From: Dehalococcoidia bacterium
Lineage (GTDB): Bacteria > Chloroflexota > Dehalococcoidia > UBA2979
NCBI GenBank assembly: GCA_963667465.2
Contig: CAXXDN010000002.1
Location: 1,760,001-1,824,000 of the forward strand
Direction: 5' to 3'
DNA: 64,000 nucleotides
The translations under genes and the position numbers were made by a program. How positions within the stretch are numbered: the stretch's first letter is position 1; each line of letters opens with the position of its first letter. The notes under the pieces were generated by a model. The model saw only the letters and a program-made list of their open reading frames with translations. It ran no database searches and was not told where the DNA came from. Positions 38,026 to 48,442 of this stretch are shown here, piece after piece.

Positions 38026-38074
38026 ATGAAGTCCCTTGCAGGGGACTCCGCGCGCGGGCCCGCGCCTCGACACT
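38026..38074 (+). promoter_or_regulatory. Shared palindromic motif with downstream -10-like GACACT, upstream of the recombinase operon
   Basis: ATGAAGTCCCTTGCAGGGGACTCCGC; second copy of 12824..12849. Confidence 0.65.
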
Positions 38075-38150
38075 CCCCGCCCAGACTGTTGCACGATGCA
38101 CCCGACCCGCAGCTTCGCTGTCGCGCGCATCACACGGGCGAACAACCACC

Positions 38151-38366
38151 ATGGACCGCACACCTGACCGCGAGACTCGGGAAGCTCACGCCCCACGGAC
38201 TGCCGGAGAGCCGGCGGCCAAGGATGACGCCGTCGCGCTTGAGACCCGCTGGCGGACGGGTCCGCGAACACGGGCCTGGAGCGAACTCTGGCGCCGGCTC
38301 CTCGATGGGTTGCACGTCGCGCGGGCTAGCGATCGCCCCGCCACGGACGACGAGTCGGCATCGTAG
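38151..38366 (+). CDS. Small protein upstream of the serine recombinase
   Basis: 71 aa with amphipathic RTRAWSELWRRLL; 3' part of track ORF 38022..38366. Confidence 0.55.
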   Translation: MDRTPDRETREAHAPRTAGEPAAKDDAVALETRWRTGPRTRAWSELWRRLLDGLHVARASDRPATDDESAS

Positions 38367-38445
38367 GCGAGCCGCTGCTCAGCGAAGCTCACCCACGCGG
38401 CCGCAGTTGACGGCCGTCGTATCGTGATCCAGCGCCGGGAGGTGA

Positions 38446-40023
38446 ATGATGAAGGCGATTATCTACTCGCGCGTTTCGACGGACGCGCAGGAGCGCGACG
38501 GAACTTCGCTCGACACCCAGGAGCGTGCCTGCGCGGAGTACGCAACCGGGCAAGGTTGGGAGGTCGTCCGCCGCATCCGCGACACGGACAGCGGCGCTCT
38601 CCTCGAACGCGAAGGACTGACCGAACTGCGTGAAGCGCTCCGGCATGGGACGGCCGATGTGATCGTCGCCTTCGCCGTCGATCGCCTCTCGCGTAGCCAG
38701 AATCACATCGGCATCCTGTTCGACGAGTTCGAGGGCGCGGGCGTCACCATGGCCTTCGTGACCGAGCGCTTCGAGGACACGGCGGTCGGACGCTTCATCC
38801 TTGCCGCGCGCGCCTTCATCGCTGAGGTCGAGCGCGAGAAGATCGCTGAGCGCACGATGCGCGGCAAGGAAGAGCGCGCTCGCAGCGGTCGCATTCCCCA
38901 GGCGACAGGTCGCGGGATGTACGGCTACTGCTACGACTCCGACACCGGCCGTCGCGTCATCAACGGCGATCAGGCCGCTGTGGTCCGTCGTGTCTTCGAG
39001 GACTTCGCCGGCGGCGCGTCGATCATCGGCATTACCAACGCGCTCAACGAGGCAGGGACCCTGAGCTTCACAGGGCGAGCATGGTCGGCCTGGACCGTGA
39101 AGAACATGCTGCGCAACCCAGGGTATGCCGGGCGAACGATCTTCAAGCGCACGAAGACGGGCCACCGGCGCGATCCACTCACCGGCAAGCGGCGTCGCAC
39201 GGTCGCGCTGAGGAACGAGTCGGAGTGGATCGAGGTGCCGGACGCGACACCGGCGGTCATCTCCGAGCAGTTGTTCGATGCGGTGCAGACCCGGCTCCTC
39301 GACCCGGAGCGGCGGCGCCAGGCACAGCGTAAGAACGATTATCCCCTCCGTGGCACCGTGCGTTGCTCACACTGCCACAGCGCGATGGTGGGCCAGACGT
39401 CGATGGGCAAGTACCGCTACTACCGCTGCCGGCGGGCCTACGCGGGTCCGCGCCACGACCGCTGTCCTGCGCGGTACGTCCGCGCAGGTGACCTCGAGCG
39501 TGCGGTGGCGCGCGAGCTCACCACGGTGCTCGCCTCGCCGGAGGTGGTGCTGGCCGAGCTGGAGCATGCGTCCTCAGACGACGCGCGCGATGATGACTTG
39601 AGCGCCGCCCAGCAACTCGTCGCGTCGCTCGACGATCAGCGACAGCGGCTGCTCAAGCTCTTCCAAATGGGCGAGGTCGATGAGGCGTACCTGCAGAAGG
39701 AACTCGAGACGATCCGCGTCCGACGCTCGCCGGCCGAGGCGACCATCGCTCGACTGAACGGCTCGGGCTCGACGCCCCGCATTCCGGCGAACCCCGACGA
39801 GTTCGCCGCCACATGTGAGGCGCTGCGGGAGCGCGTCGCGGAGGAAGTCAAGGCGGGTCGGCTCAATGAAGTCGCCGAGGCGATGCAGATCTCGATCACG
39901 ATCGCGCGAACCGGCGACGGAGCGTCAGGCGCGCTCGAGGGCGTGATCCCGCACGAAATCGGTAGATTTGGCGAGGATTTTTCTCACCACTGCACGAACA
40001 TCGGCATGACGACGTGGGTGTAG
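38446..40023 (+). CDS. Large serine recombinase (ICE integrase)
   Basis: IYSRVST catalytic Ser, VDRLSR, recombinase domain, CSHC...YYRC...C zinc ribbon, coiled coil; GGAGGTG RBS. Confidence 0.96.
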   Translation: MMKAIIYSRVSTDAQERDGTSLDTQERACAEYATGQGWEVVRRIRDTDSGALLEREGLTELREALRHGTADVIVAFAVDRLSRSQNHIGILFDEFEGAGVTMAFVTERFEDTAVGRFILAARAFIAEVEREKIAERTMRGKEERARSGRIPQATGRGMYGYCYDSDTGRRVINGDQAAVVRRVFEDFAGGASIIGITNALNEAGTLSFTGRAWSAWTVKNMLRNPGYAGRTIFKRTKTGHRRDPLTGKRRRTVALRNESEWIEVPDATPAVISEQLFDAVQTRLLDPERRRQAQRKNDYPLRGTVRCSHCHSAMVGQTSMGKYRYYRCRRAYAGPRHDRCPARYVRAGDLERAVARELTTVLASPEVVLAELEHASSDDARDDDLSAAQQLVASLDDQRQRLLKLFQMGEVDEAYLQKELETIRVRRSPAEATIARLNGSGSTPRIPANPDEFAATCEALRERVAEEVKAGRLNEVAEAMQISITIARTGDGASGALEGVIPHEIGRFGEDFSHHCTNIGMTTWV

Positions 40024-41117
40024 CGGTCGTCGCCGACGGGGCGGAGGACGCCGGGGCTTGAGGGGGAGCTGGTTTCGACGGCGACCCGGTCGGCGTCGAG
40101 GACTTGCAGGACCTCGGTCAGATAGCGGCTGTTGAAGGCGATCTTCGCCTCCTCGCCTTCGACGATGGCGTCCAGCTCACCTTCGTTGTTGCCCAGCTCT
40201 TCGGCGCGCGCGGTGATCAGCAGCCGACCGGGCGCGGCGTCCTCGCCCGGGGTGGCGACGAGCCGCACGATGCCGGATCCGTCGCGCGCGAAGATCGAGG
40301 CGATGCGCGTCTCTCGCATGAACTCGGCGACGGCGATCTCGGTCCGCGTGGCGTGCGCGCTGGGAATCAACTGGTCGTAGTTGGGGAACGTGCCCTGCAA
40401 CAGCGTGGCGCTCAGCGTCGCGTGGCCGAGGTCGAAGAGCACCTGCGTGCCGACGGCGTTGAAGCGCATCTCCACCGGGTCCTCGACCTCGGCGAGCATC
40501 CGCGCCAGTTCGCCGAGGGCGCGCGCGGGGACGATCGCCTCGCGCTCGGGGGGACTGCCTTCGAGCTCCATCGTGTGGACCGCGAGGCGAAAGCCGTCGG
40601 CGGCGGCGAGGCGCAACTGGTCACCCTTGATGCCGAAGTGGACGCCGGTGAGCACCGGCCGGGAGTTGTCCGTCGCAGCGGCGAAGACCACCTGGTTGAT
40701 TGCGCGCCGAAGCGCGGCCGGATCGAGGGTGAGCGAGTCTCCGTCCTCGACCGGGGGGATGGGCGGGAAGTCGTCCGCGCTCTGCCCGCCGATGGAGGCC
40801 TCGTTGCGGGCACAGGAGAGGCTGACCTGGCGCGAGCGTTCGGCCAGCGAGAGGTTGATCGGCTGCTGCGGGAGCGAGGCGACGAAGTCGGAGAGCAGCC
40901 GCGAGGGGAGCGTGATCGCCCCGGCTTCCTCGGTGTCGGAGGCGATCGTGTAGGTGATCGCGATCGTCTCGGCATCCGTCGCCGAGAGCGTGAGGCTCGA
41001 GTCGCCCGACTCGAGCAGGATGTGACCGGCGATGGGGAGCGAAGATCGCGCTGGTACGGCGCGCGACACGGCGCTCAGGCCGCGGTGAAGGGCTTCCTGT
41101 TGGACCGTAAGCTGCAT
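39984..41117 (-). CDS. dnaN: DNA polymerase III beta clamp
   Basis: AAADGFRLA, FPNYDQLIP, IAFNSRYL, VVMPMFVQW. Confidence 0.97.
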   Translation of the reverse strand: MQLTVQQEALHRGLSAVSRAVPARSSLPIAGHILLESGDSSLTLSATDAETIAITYTIASDTEEAGAITLPSRLLSDFVASLPQQPINLSLAERSRQVSLSCARNEASIGGQSADDFPPIPPVEDGDSLTLDPAALRRAINQVVFAAATDNSRPVLTGVHFGIKGDQLRLAAADGFRLAVHTMELEGSPPEREAIVPARALGELARMLAEVEDPVEMRFNAVGTQVLFDLGHATLSATLLQGTFPNYDQLIPSAHATRTEIAVAEFMRETRIASIFARDGSGIVRLVATPGEDAAPGRLLITARAEELGNNEGELDAIVEGEEAKIAFNSRYLTEVLQVLDADRVAVETSSPSSPGVLRPVGDDRYTHVVMPMFVQW

Positions 41118-41617
41118 GGGCGAGCCCGACCCGCCTAATCGCTCAAGCGCTGCGCGCTTTCGCCCGCTAGGCGAGTATACGGGTGAGCACCAGCCGCGGC
41201 AATGCGGCGGATCGCATCATTGGATCTGTTACCAAGATCAGGCGGGGTGCATCAGAACGGAGTTACCGAACGGCCATAGGTTGTCGAGGTCAGTGAGTTC
41301 AGCAGCGGAGCGGCTCGTGCTCTTGCGGGGAGCAGTACCGTGACGAGCCGCAGCTAGCACTCGACGAATCCTATCGGGGAACAGCCTTTCAGTGCGCATC
41401 TCGTCAACCAATGCCGTGAGGTTGGCCCGGACTTGGCGCTGAACGGCCAGAGGGGTTGTTCCGCTGCTTCCCGCCAACGCCTGCTCGACGGCACTACGGA
41501 CCCGGGCCTGCCCTGCCTCCCGCTCAACACGGCTTCGGCAATAGCCGCACGTATCAGGGCGTCTACAATAGCGGGCAGGGGCGGTTGATCGATATCAGCG
41601 CGCCATAGGCTGGGAGT

Positions 41618-42013
41618 TTGCAGCCGCGGCCGTGGTCCGATGCGCTCAGTACGGCATGCCGTTGCGCGCGTCCCATCCGACTCTTCTGCAGGGAAGCGGG
41701 GTTGGCGATCCGTCAGCGTTCGAAGGCTGTGGCGCACGCTTTCGCCCGTTGCTCAGTCGCGCTGGCGGGCCTCGGCGGGTTCGTGCTGGCCTGGAGCCTC
41801 TGGGCCGTCGTGATCGCCCGGCGGGCCCCCGTGCCAGACGAAGCCGTACTCTGGGGAGTCCTGACTACCAGCGTGCTGGTACCTACCGTAGCCTCGGCAG
41901 CGGCCGTTTGGCGCCCATCGTTGCTCCCGGCGCTCGCGGCGCTCCTTTGCGGAGCGCTCTTGTTGATGCCCGCCTCACTGTTTTGGCTGATCCGGCTCAA
42001 CGCCTCCTCGTAG
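41618..42013 (+). CDS. Possible small membrane protein (start uncertain)
   Basis: Three hydrophobic segments; no clear RBS. Confidence 0.35.
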   Translation: MQPRPWSDALSTACRCARPIRLFCREAGLAIRQRSKAVAHAFARCSVALAGLGGFVLAWSLWAVVIARRAPVPDEAVLWGVLTTSVLVPTVASAAAVWRPSLLPALAALLCGALLLMPASLFWLIRLNASS

Positions 42014-42220
42014 CCATAGCGACCGATCGCGGTGAGCCGCCACCTTACGCTCGCCGTCGCGCGCGGCTCCGCCTCCGTTGCCGCGTGTTCTCGCGCGGCA
42101 ACCATAGAAGCGCACTGCGGCGCGGTCAGGGAAACCGATTTGTGATGCAGCGAAAGCGCGGTACGGTAACAGTTACTTCTGATGCACTGCAATGCGGCGT
42201 CACAGGGCCCACCCGGACCG

Positions 42221-43900
42221 CTACGAGCAGTAGGGCGTGAACAGCTCCGCGGCCGCGCGCACGCGGCGCACGAGCGTCGCATGGCTGGCGTGCTCGCCCA
42301 GCTCGGAACCGACGCCGGCCAGGAGCTCGGACACTGCATCGAGGCTGCCGCACTGCGCCCAGTACGACGTGCGCAGCAGCTCGGCGAACTCCGCAGCGGC
42401 GGCGGTCTGGCGGAAGTGCGGACTGGCCGCTCCGATCTCCGCGGCGATCGCGGCCACCGTGATGCCCTCCTCGATCTCGACCGGCCGCCCGCTCGAGGGG
42501 TTGAGCCAGCGCAGCCGGGCGGTCGCCAGCGCGGCGTCGGGGGCGGCGCCTTCCTGCAGGCGCAGCTCGTAGAGGGCGGTCACGTCGCGCGCGAAGCCGG
42601 GCTCGCCGAAGTCGAGCGAGTCGTCGCGGAAGTCCTCGTCGGACACGGCGCGGTTCTCGTAGCCGATCAGCCGGTACTTGCGGACCGTGGCCGGGTTGAA
42701 CTCCAACTGGATGCGGGCGTCGCGCGCGGTCTCCGTGAAGACGCCCTGGGCGCTCTCCTCCAGGAAACGGTCAGCGGCCGCGCGGTCGGCGAGGTAGTGG
42801 TACGTACCGTTGCCGCGGTTGGCGAGCGCCTCCAGCAGCACGTCGTTGTAGTTGCCGCTGATACCGACGCCGATCGAGGTGAGGGCGGCATTGCGCTGCG
42901 CCTGCACGTCGACGAGCTCCAGGATCGACTCGGGACCGGTCGCGCCGACGTTGGCGACGCCGTCCGAGAGCAGGACGATCCGGGCCTGCCGGCCGCGCTC
43001 GAGATCGGCCGCGGCGAGCCGGTAGGCGAGGCGCAGGCCTTCTTCGGCGTAGGTGCTGCCGCCCGTGGCGAGGGCACGCGCGGCGCTCGCGATCTCCTCG
43101 CGGCGATCCCCGTCCACGAAGTCGCTGACGAGGCTGGCGCGCGATCCGTAGCTGACGAGGGCGGCTCGGTCCCTCGGGCCCAGCAGCTCGACCAGGCCCG
43201 CGATCACCTCGCCGGCCACACCGATCCGGTTGTCCGCCTCCATCGAGCCGGAGACGTCCACGACGAAGATCAGCGAGACGGGGCCTCGCTCCTCCGGGGG
43301 CGCGGGGTTGCTGACGCCGACCCGCAGCAGCACGTAGTCCTCCGGCCCGAAGGGCGAAGGCGCGGCGTCCAGGTGCAGGCCCAGGGCGCCCCCGGCGGCC
43401 GGGTAGTCCTGCGGGAGGCTGTTGATGAACTCCTCGACCCGCACGGCGTCCGGTGGCGGCAGGGCGCGCTGCCCGAGGTAGAGCCCGAGGATCTCGTAGG
43501 ACGCCGTGTCGCCGTCGAGGGCGAAGGTCGAGAGCGCGTCCTCGTCGGCATCGATGAACGGATTGACACCGTGGCCCTTGAAGAACATCAGGGGCAGCGG
43601 CCGGTCGTTGGGGTTGGCCGAGCCACCGGCCTCCGGCGGGATCGCCGGCGGCGCCTGCTGAGCCGCCTGGACCGCAGCCGCCGGCGCCGCCGAGGCCGGC
43701 GCCGCCTGGCGCTCGGTGCTGGCCGCCTGCGGGGCCTCGAACTCGTCCTCGCCGCAGCCGCTGAGCACGAGGCCGGCCGCGAGCGCAGCCAGGGCGAGCG
43801 TCCCGGACACGATCCGTCCCGCCCCGCGCGCGCCCGTCGCGAGCCGGACGAGGGTCGCGAAGGACAGGACGCTGCCGATTGCGAGGACCAATGCTCTCAT
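42221..43900 (-). CDS. YfbK-like vWA-domain lipoprotein (DUF3520 C-terminus)
   Basis: Lipobox LSGC, STFALDGDTASY, VRVEEFIN, MIDAS DVSGS, YRLIGYENR. Confidence 0.9.
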   Translation of the reverse strand: MRALVLAIGSVLSFATLVRLATGARGAGRIVSGTLALAALAAGLVLSGCGEDEFEAPQAASTERQAAPASAAPAAAVQAAQQAPPAIPPEAGGSANPNDRPLPLMFFKGHGVNPFIDADEDALSTFALDGDTASYEILGLYLGQRALPPPDAVRVEEFINSLPQDYPAAGGALGLHLDAAPSPFGPEDYVLLRVGVSNPAPPEERGPVSLIFVVDVSGSMEADNRIGVAGEVIAGLVELLGPRDRAALVSYGSRASLVSDFVDGDRREEIASAARALATGGSTYAEEGLRLAYRLAAADLERGRQARIVLLSDGVANVGATGPESILELVDVQAQRNAALTSIGVGISGNYNDVLLEALANRGNGTYHYLADRAAADRFLEESAQGVFTETARDARIQLEFNPATVRKYRLIGYENRAVSDEDFRDDSLDFGEPGFARDVTALYELRLQEGAAPDAALATARLRWLNPSSGRPVEIEEGITVAAIAAEIGAASPHFRQTAAAAEFAELLRTSYWAQCGSLDAVSELLAGVGSELGEHASHATLVRRVRAAAELFTPYCS

Positions 43901-44085
43901 CTGGGGCCTCCCGGGATGCGAATCCGGTGCGGGCCGGCGCGGGCCGGTGCGGAGCACTTGCCCGCCGCCAACCCGCTGTTACCGATACGTACGTCCCGGG
44001 GCGGTGATTAGTTCCCGAAGCCCGCGCAGGCGGGTCTGCGGGAGGCGCGGACGGGGCTGGCGGTCGCGGGCGTAGGACCGGGGCG

Positions 44086-45405
44086 CTACGCCTCGGGGGC
44101 GGCCTCGCGGAGCGCGGCGGCGAGCGCCTCGACGGTGCGCTCGATCAGCGCTTCGTCGTGGGCGAGGGAGACGAACCAGGCCTCGAACTGCGAGGGCGGC
44201 AGCATGACGCCCCGCTCGAGCAAGGCGCGGTGGAAGCGGGCGAAGCGCTCGGTGTCGCTCTCGGCAGCCTCCGCGTAGTCGCCGGGCGCCCCGGCGCGGA
44301 AGAAGCCGGTCAGCGCCGACCCGGCGCGCGCGACGGCGAAGGGCACGCCCGCCGCCCGCGCCGCCTCGGTGACGCCGGCCTCGAGCTGCGCGCCGAGCGC
44401 TTCGAGGCGCGCGTACGCGGCCTCGTCGGCCTGCACCGTGCGCAGCGTCGCGAGGCCGGCGGCCGTCGCGAGCGGGTTGCCGGAGAGCGTGCCGGCCTGA
44501 TAGACGCCGCCGGCGGGGGCCATTTGCTCCAGCAGCTCGCGTGGGCCGCCGTAGGCGCCGACGGGCAGGCCGCCGCCGATCACCTTGCCGAGCGTCGTGA
44601 GGTCCGGACGCACGCCGTAGCGGCCCTGCGCGCCGGACCAGCCGACGCGGAAGCCGGTGATCACCTCGTCGAAGACGAGCAGCGCGCCGTGCGCGTCGCA
44701 GAGCCGCCGCAGGCCCTCGAGGTAGCCGTCGCGCGGCGGGACGACGCCCATGTTGCCGGCGACGGGCTCGACGATGACGGCGGCGACGGCGCCGGGGTGC
44801 GCCTCGAAGATCGCCTCGACGGCCGTGGCGGCGTTGTAGGGGGCGAGCAGCGTCTGCGCGGCGAAGGCGGCGGGCACGCCGGGCGAGTCCGGCAGCCCGA
44901 GGGTTGCGACGCCGGAGCCTGCGGCGGCGAGCAGGCCGTCCGAGTGGCCGTGGTAGCCACCCTCGAACTTCACGATCAGATCGCGCCCGGTAGCCGCGCG
45001 GGCGAGCCGCAGCGCGCTCATCACCGCCTCGGTCCCGGAGTTGACGAAACGCACCATCTCCACCGAGGGCAGCGCCTCGACGATCAGTTCGGCCAGCTCC
45101 AGCTCGGCCTCCGTCGGCGCGCCGAACGAGGTGCCGCGCGCCGCCGCCTGTCCGACCGCCTCGACCACCGCCGGGTGGGCGTGGCCGAGGATCAGCGGGC
45201 CGAACGACCCGAGGTAGTCGATGTACTCGTTGCCGTCAGCGTCGGCGACGATGGCGCCCGCGCCGCGGTCGAGCACCAGCGGGTCGCCACCGACGGCGCG
45301 GTAGGCGCGCGCCGGCGAGTTGACGCCGCCGGGAAGCACCGCCCGCGCCCGCGCCATCAGCGCGCGCGAGCGTTCGAGCGAGCGGCCGCCGGCCTCGGCG
45401 CTCAC
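44086..45405 (-). CDS. hemL: Glutamate-1-semialdehyde 2,1-aminomutase
   Basis: [44 protein letters not shown]. Confidence 0.97.
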   Translation of the reverse strand: MSAEAGGRSLERSRALMARARAVLPGGVNSPARAYRAVGGDPLVLDRGAGAIVADADGNEYIDYLGSFGPLILGHAHPAVVEAVGQAAARGTSFGAPTEAELELAELIVEALPSVEMVRFVNSGTEAVMSALRLARAATGRDLIVKFEGGYHGHSDGLLAAAGSGVATLGLPDSPGVPAAFAAQTLLAPYNAATAVEAIFEAHPGAVAAVIVEPVAGNMGVVPPRDGYLEGLRRLCDAHGALLVFDEVITGFRVGWSGAQGRYGVRPDLTTLGKVIGGGLPVGAYGGPRELLEQMAPAGGVYQAGTLSGNPLATAAGLATLRTVQADEAAYARLEALGAQLEAGVTEAARAAGVPFAVARAGSALTGFFRAGAPGDYAEAAESDTERFARFHRALLERGVMLPPSQFEAWFVSLAHDEALIERTVEALAAALREAAPEA

Positions 45406-46208
45406 GAGGCGACCGCGCTCGGCAGCAGCACGCCGAGCGCCTCCGCCAGCTCGGGGAGTGTGTCGATCGCGAGGGCCGGCGCCGGGTAGTCCTCGGCCAG
45501 CTCGGCGTCCTCGCTGCGGCGCACCCAGGCGACGGGCAACCCGGCACGGTTCCCGCCCAGCACATCGGCCTGGGGCGAGTCGCCGACGTAGAGCACCTCG
45601 GCGGGCGCGCAGCCGAGGCGGAGGCAGGTGACCTCGAAGACCGTGCGGTGCGGCTTGTAGGCGCGGAGCGACTCGGAGCTTTGAATCACGGAGAAGCGCA
45701 GCCGGTTGTGCGAGACCGCGCTCTGCAGGAAGTCCTCGTCCGCGTTGGAGAGCAGGGCGAGGCGGTAGCCCGCGGCAGCGAGGGCGTCGAGCACCTCGCG
45801 CGTGCCGGGGTAGGCGGGAGCGTGGCTCAGCACCTCGCGGAAGTGGTTCGCGCCGGCGGCCGGGTCGCCCTCGAGGCCCTGGTCCTCGAAGACCCGGGCG
45901 AACTGCCGCCGCCAGATCTCCCAGGTCGTGATGAACTCGGGCACGGGGCCGTCGAGCATGTACTCGCGGTCCGGCTTGCCCTCGTCGTCGACGCGGTCGC
46001 CCCAGGGGCTGACGCTGTTCCAGGCCTTCTCGAAGCCCTTCGCGGCCTCCTCGAAGTCCTCGACGGCGAGGCCTTGCTGGTCGAGCGCTTCGCGGAGCGC
46101 CTCGCGGAAGTCCCAGTCGAGGAGCGTGCCGTAGCCGTCGAAGGCCACGGCGCGGATGGCGCCCGCGTCGAAGGCGGGCGCCGCGGGGGCGCCGTTGTCT
46201 GTCGTCAC
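45402..46208 (-). CDS. HAD-superfamily hydrolase
   Basis: [23 protein letters not shown]. Confidence 0.9.
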   Translation of the reverse strand: MTTDNGAPAAPAFDAGAIRAVAFDGYGTLLDWDFREALREALDQQGLAVEDFEEAAKGFEKAWNSVSPWGDRVDDEGKPDREYMLDGPVPEFITTWEIWRRQFARVFEDQGLEGDPAAGANHFREVLSHAPAYPGTREVLDALAAAGYRLALLSNADEDFLQSAVSHNRLRFSVIQSSESLRAYKPHRTVFEVTCLRLGCAPAEVLYVGDSPQADVLGGNRAGLPVAWVRRSEDAELAEDYPAPALAIDTLPELAEALGVLLPSAVAS

Positions 46209-47203
46209 CGCGTCTCGCGTAGCCAGCGCGCCGCCTCCTTCGCGTGGTACGTCAGCAGGATGTCGGCGCCGGCGCGGCGGATCGAGGTCAGCGCCTCGAG
46301 GATCGCGCCGCGTTCGTCGATCCAGCCATTGGCGGCCGCCGCCTTCAGCATCGCGTACTCGCCGGAGACGTTGTACGCCGCGAGCGGCAGTTCGGTCGAG
46401 TCACGCACCGCGCGCACAACGTCGAGGTAGGCGAGCGCGGGCTTCACCATGACGATGTCGGCCTGCTCCGCGATGTCGATCGCGACCTCGCGCACGGCCT
46501 CGCGCACGTTGGGCGGGTCCAGCTGGTAGCCGCGCCGGTCGCCGAACTGCGGGGCGGAGTCGGCGGCCTCGCGGAAGGGGCCGTAGAAGGCGGAAGCGTA
46601 CTTCGCGCTGTAGGCCATGATCGGCAACTGCGCGAAGCCGGACTCGTCGAGCGCCTCGCGAATCGCGGCCACGCGCCCGTCCATCATGTCCGAGGGCGCG
46701 ACCATGTCCACGCCCGCCTCGGCGAGCGAGACCGAGGTGCGCGCGAGCAGCTCGATCGCGGCGTCGTTCTCCACCTCGCCGCGGGCGTTGATCGGGCCAC
46801 AGTGCCCGTGGTCGGTGTACTCGCAGAGGCAGACGTCGGCGATCACGGCCAGCGAGGGGTCGGCCTGCTTGAGCGCCTCGCTGGCGCGCTGCGTGATGCC
46901 GTCGTTCGCCCAGGCGCCACTGCCCGCGGCGTCCTTGAGGTCGGGCACGCCGAACAGCAGCACCGCGCGCACGCCGAGTTCGTGCAGCTCAGCAGCCTCC
47001 GAGGCGAGCATGTCCGTCGAGAGGCGCGCCTGCCCCGGCATCGACTCGATCGGCTGGCGGATGCCGGAGCCCTCGGTGACGAACAGCGGGTAGACGAAGG
47101 AGGCGGGGTCGAGCCGGGTCTCGCGGACCAGCCCGCGCAGCGCCTCGGAACTGCGCAGCCTCCTCGTGCGCGCGAAGTCCCGCGTACGTGTCGCGATGGT
47201 CAT
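46205..47203 (-). CDS. hemB: Porphobilinogen synthase
   Basis: [41 protein letters not shown]. Confidence 0.97.
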   Translation of the reverse strand: MTIATRTRDFARTRRLRSSEALRGLVRETRLDPASFVYPLFVTEGSGIRQPIESMPGQARLSTDMLASEAAELHELGVRAVLLFGVPDLKDAAGSGAWANDGITQRASEALKQADPSLAVIADVCLCEYTDHGHCGPINARGEVENDAAIELLARTSVSLAEAGVDMVAPSDMMDGRVAAIREALDESGFAQLPIMAYSAKYASAFYGPFREAADSAPQFGDRRGYQLDPPNVREAVREVAIDIAEQADIVMVKPALAYLDVVRAVRDSTELPLAAYNVSGEYAMLKAAAANGWIDERGAILEALTSIRRAGADILLTYHAKEAARWLRETR

Positions 47204-48189
47204 GGTGCAGCCTCCTCCGTGGTGGCGGCGAGGGCGTCGAGGTCTAGCGCGGCGATGCGGGCGTTAAACACGTCACTGAACCGGGGGAGCAGGTCCACTG
47301 CCCACTTGCGCTGGTCTTCGAGCACCTCCGCGGAAGACTCGATGCCCCCGCTGCGCGATGCGAACACAAGCGCGCTCTTGTTCTGGGGCTGCTCGTCCCA
47401 CGTCAGGCGTTCCCCGATCTGCGCCTCGATCGTCTCGCGCTCATCCCGGAGTCGCAGGAATGCAGCGGTGTTCAAGGGCTGTTCGGGCATCTCGATCCGG
47501 AGAACGACTTTGAGCCTAGACTGCGCATCGAACCACGTCTGTATCGAGAATCCCTTGTGCCTCGTGCGAGCGTACAGCCAGTTTCCAGCATAGAACTCGG
47601 GGCGGGTCGTGAAGAAGTCAGGTAGCGTCTTATCCAACTCAGCGACGAAGTCCGCATAGAAGGCTTGATACGCCTTCTCCTTGTCGCTCAACTCGCGCCT
47701 GGTCTTCTTGGCAAGTTCGCGTTGGAAGTCACTTGGCTGCTCTACAACGTTGAAGCGCAGAGCGGGAGCCGAGTCATCGATCCGCAACACCTCTAACTCG
47801 ACCGCGAAGAACGCCACCGCGTCGCTGAGCTCGTTGAGCCAGTGCACTGCTTCGCGATGCTCATCGCGCACCTCTGGGCTGATCCAGACGACGATCTTCG
47901 CGTCGAGGCCAGCGGCGTAGGCGAGCAACTGGCCGAGATGCCCGTGGTCGGTCCGGTCCAGCTGGTTCTCGACGATGACGACACGATCGCTACCCGACTC
48001 CTTGCCGAGCAGATCAAGGCTGAATGCCCCGACTGCCGCTTCGGTCTGCGTGACTTCGATGTCCATCCCGAGCGCCTCGCCGAGCGAATCGATGTGCTCA
48101 GCCAACCAGGGCGTGAAGTCGCTCGCCTCGTTCGGCCAAACATCGCGAGGGTTTACGTTCTCGATGCTGCCAAGTTCCGGCTCAACCAT
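47200..48189 (-). CDS. DUF4268 protein with N-terminal PD-(D/E)XK-like nuclease domain, allele B
   Basis: [11 protein letters not shown]...DLLG...[21 protein letters not shown]. Confidence 0.88.
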   Translation of the reverse strand: MVEPELGSIENVNPRDVWPNEASDFTPWLAEHIDSLGEALGMDIEVTQTEAAVGAFSLDLLGKESGSDRVVIVENQLDRTDHGHLGQLLAYAAGLDAKIVVWISPEVRDEHREAVHWLNELSDAVAFFAVELEVLRIDDSAPALRFNVVEQPSDFQRELAKKTRRELSDKEKAYQAFYADFVAELDKTLPDFFTTRPEFYAGNWLYARTRHKGFSIQTWFDAQSRLKVVLRIEMPEQPLNTAAFLRLRDERETIEAQIGERLTWDEQPQNKSALVFASRSGGIESSAEVLEDQRKWAVDLLPRFSDVFNARIAALDLDALAATTEEAAP

Positions 48190-48279
48190 CACGCCTCCCC
48201 CGCCGCGTATCTTCGCAGCGCCGCAACGAGTGCGTCGACCGAGGCGCGGTCGGCGACGACTTGCGGCGGCAGGCCCGCC

Positions 48280-48442
48280 TCGACTCGATCGGCTGGCGGA
48301 TGCCCGAGCCCTCGGTGACGAACAGCGGGTAGACGAAGGAGGCGGGGTCGAGCCGCGTCTCGCGGACCAGCCCGCGCAGCGCCTCGGAACTGCGCAGCCT
48401 CCTCGTGCGCGCGAAGTCCCGTGTACGTGTCGCGATGGTCAT
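48280..48442 (-). pseudogene. hemB: Duplicated 5' fragment of hemB fused to a cobA-hemD 3' fragment (48189..48284)
   Basis: [10 protein letters not shown]...GIRQPIES is identical to the HemB N-terminus, then the sequence switches at TCGAC. Confidence 0.9.

Larger units (their letters stand above)
1..40023. mobile_element. Integrative conjugative element, left end outside the window, right junction at the dnaN 3' end
   Basis: VirB4, coupling protein, relaxase, pilins, primase, SSB, helicase, XRE/ImmA regulators and a terminal large serine recombinase are contiguous. Housekeeping genes begin immediately at dnaN. Confidence 0.88.

Noticed and set aside
1-39983. Second att copy (duplicate of the dnaN 3' end) within the window
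   Set aside because: Not found by eye; the other ICE end is probably left of position 1.
41238-41737. Short minus-strand ORFs upstream of dnaN
   Set aside because: No recognisable motifs or RBS; may be a degraded gene but cannot be supported.
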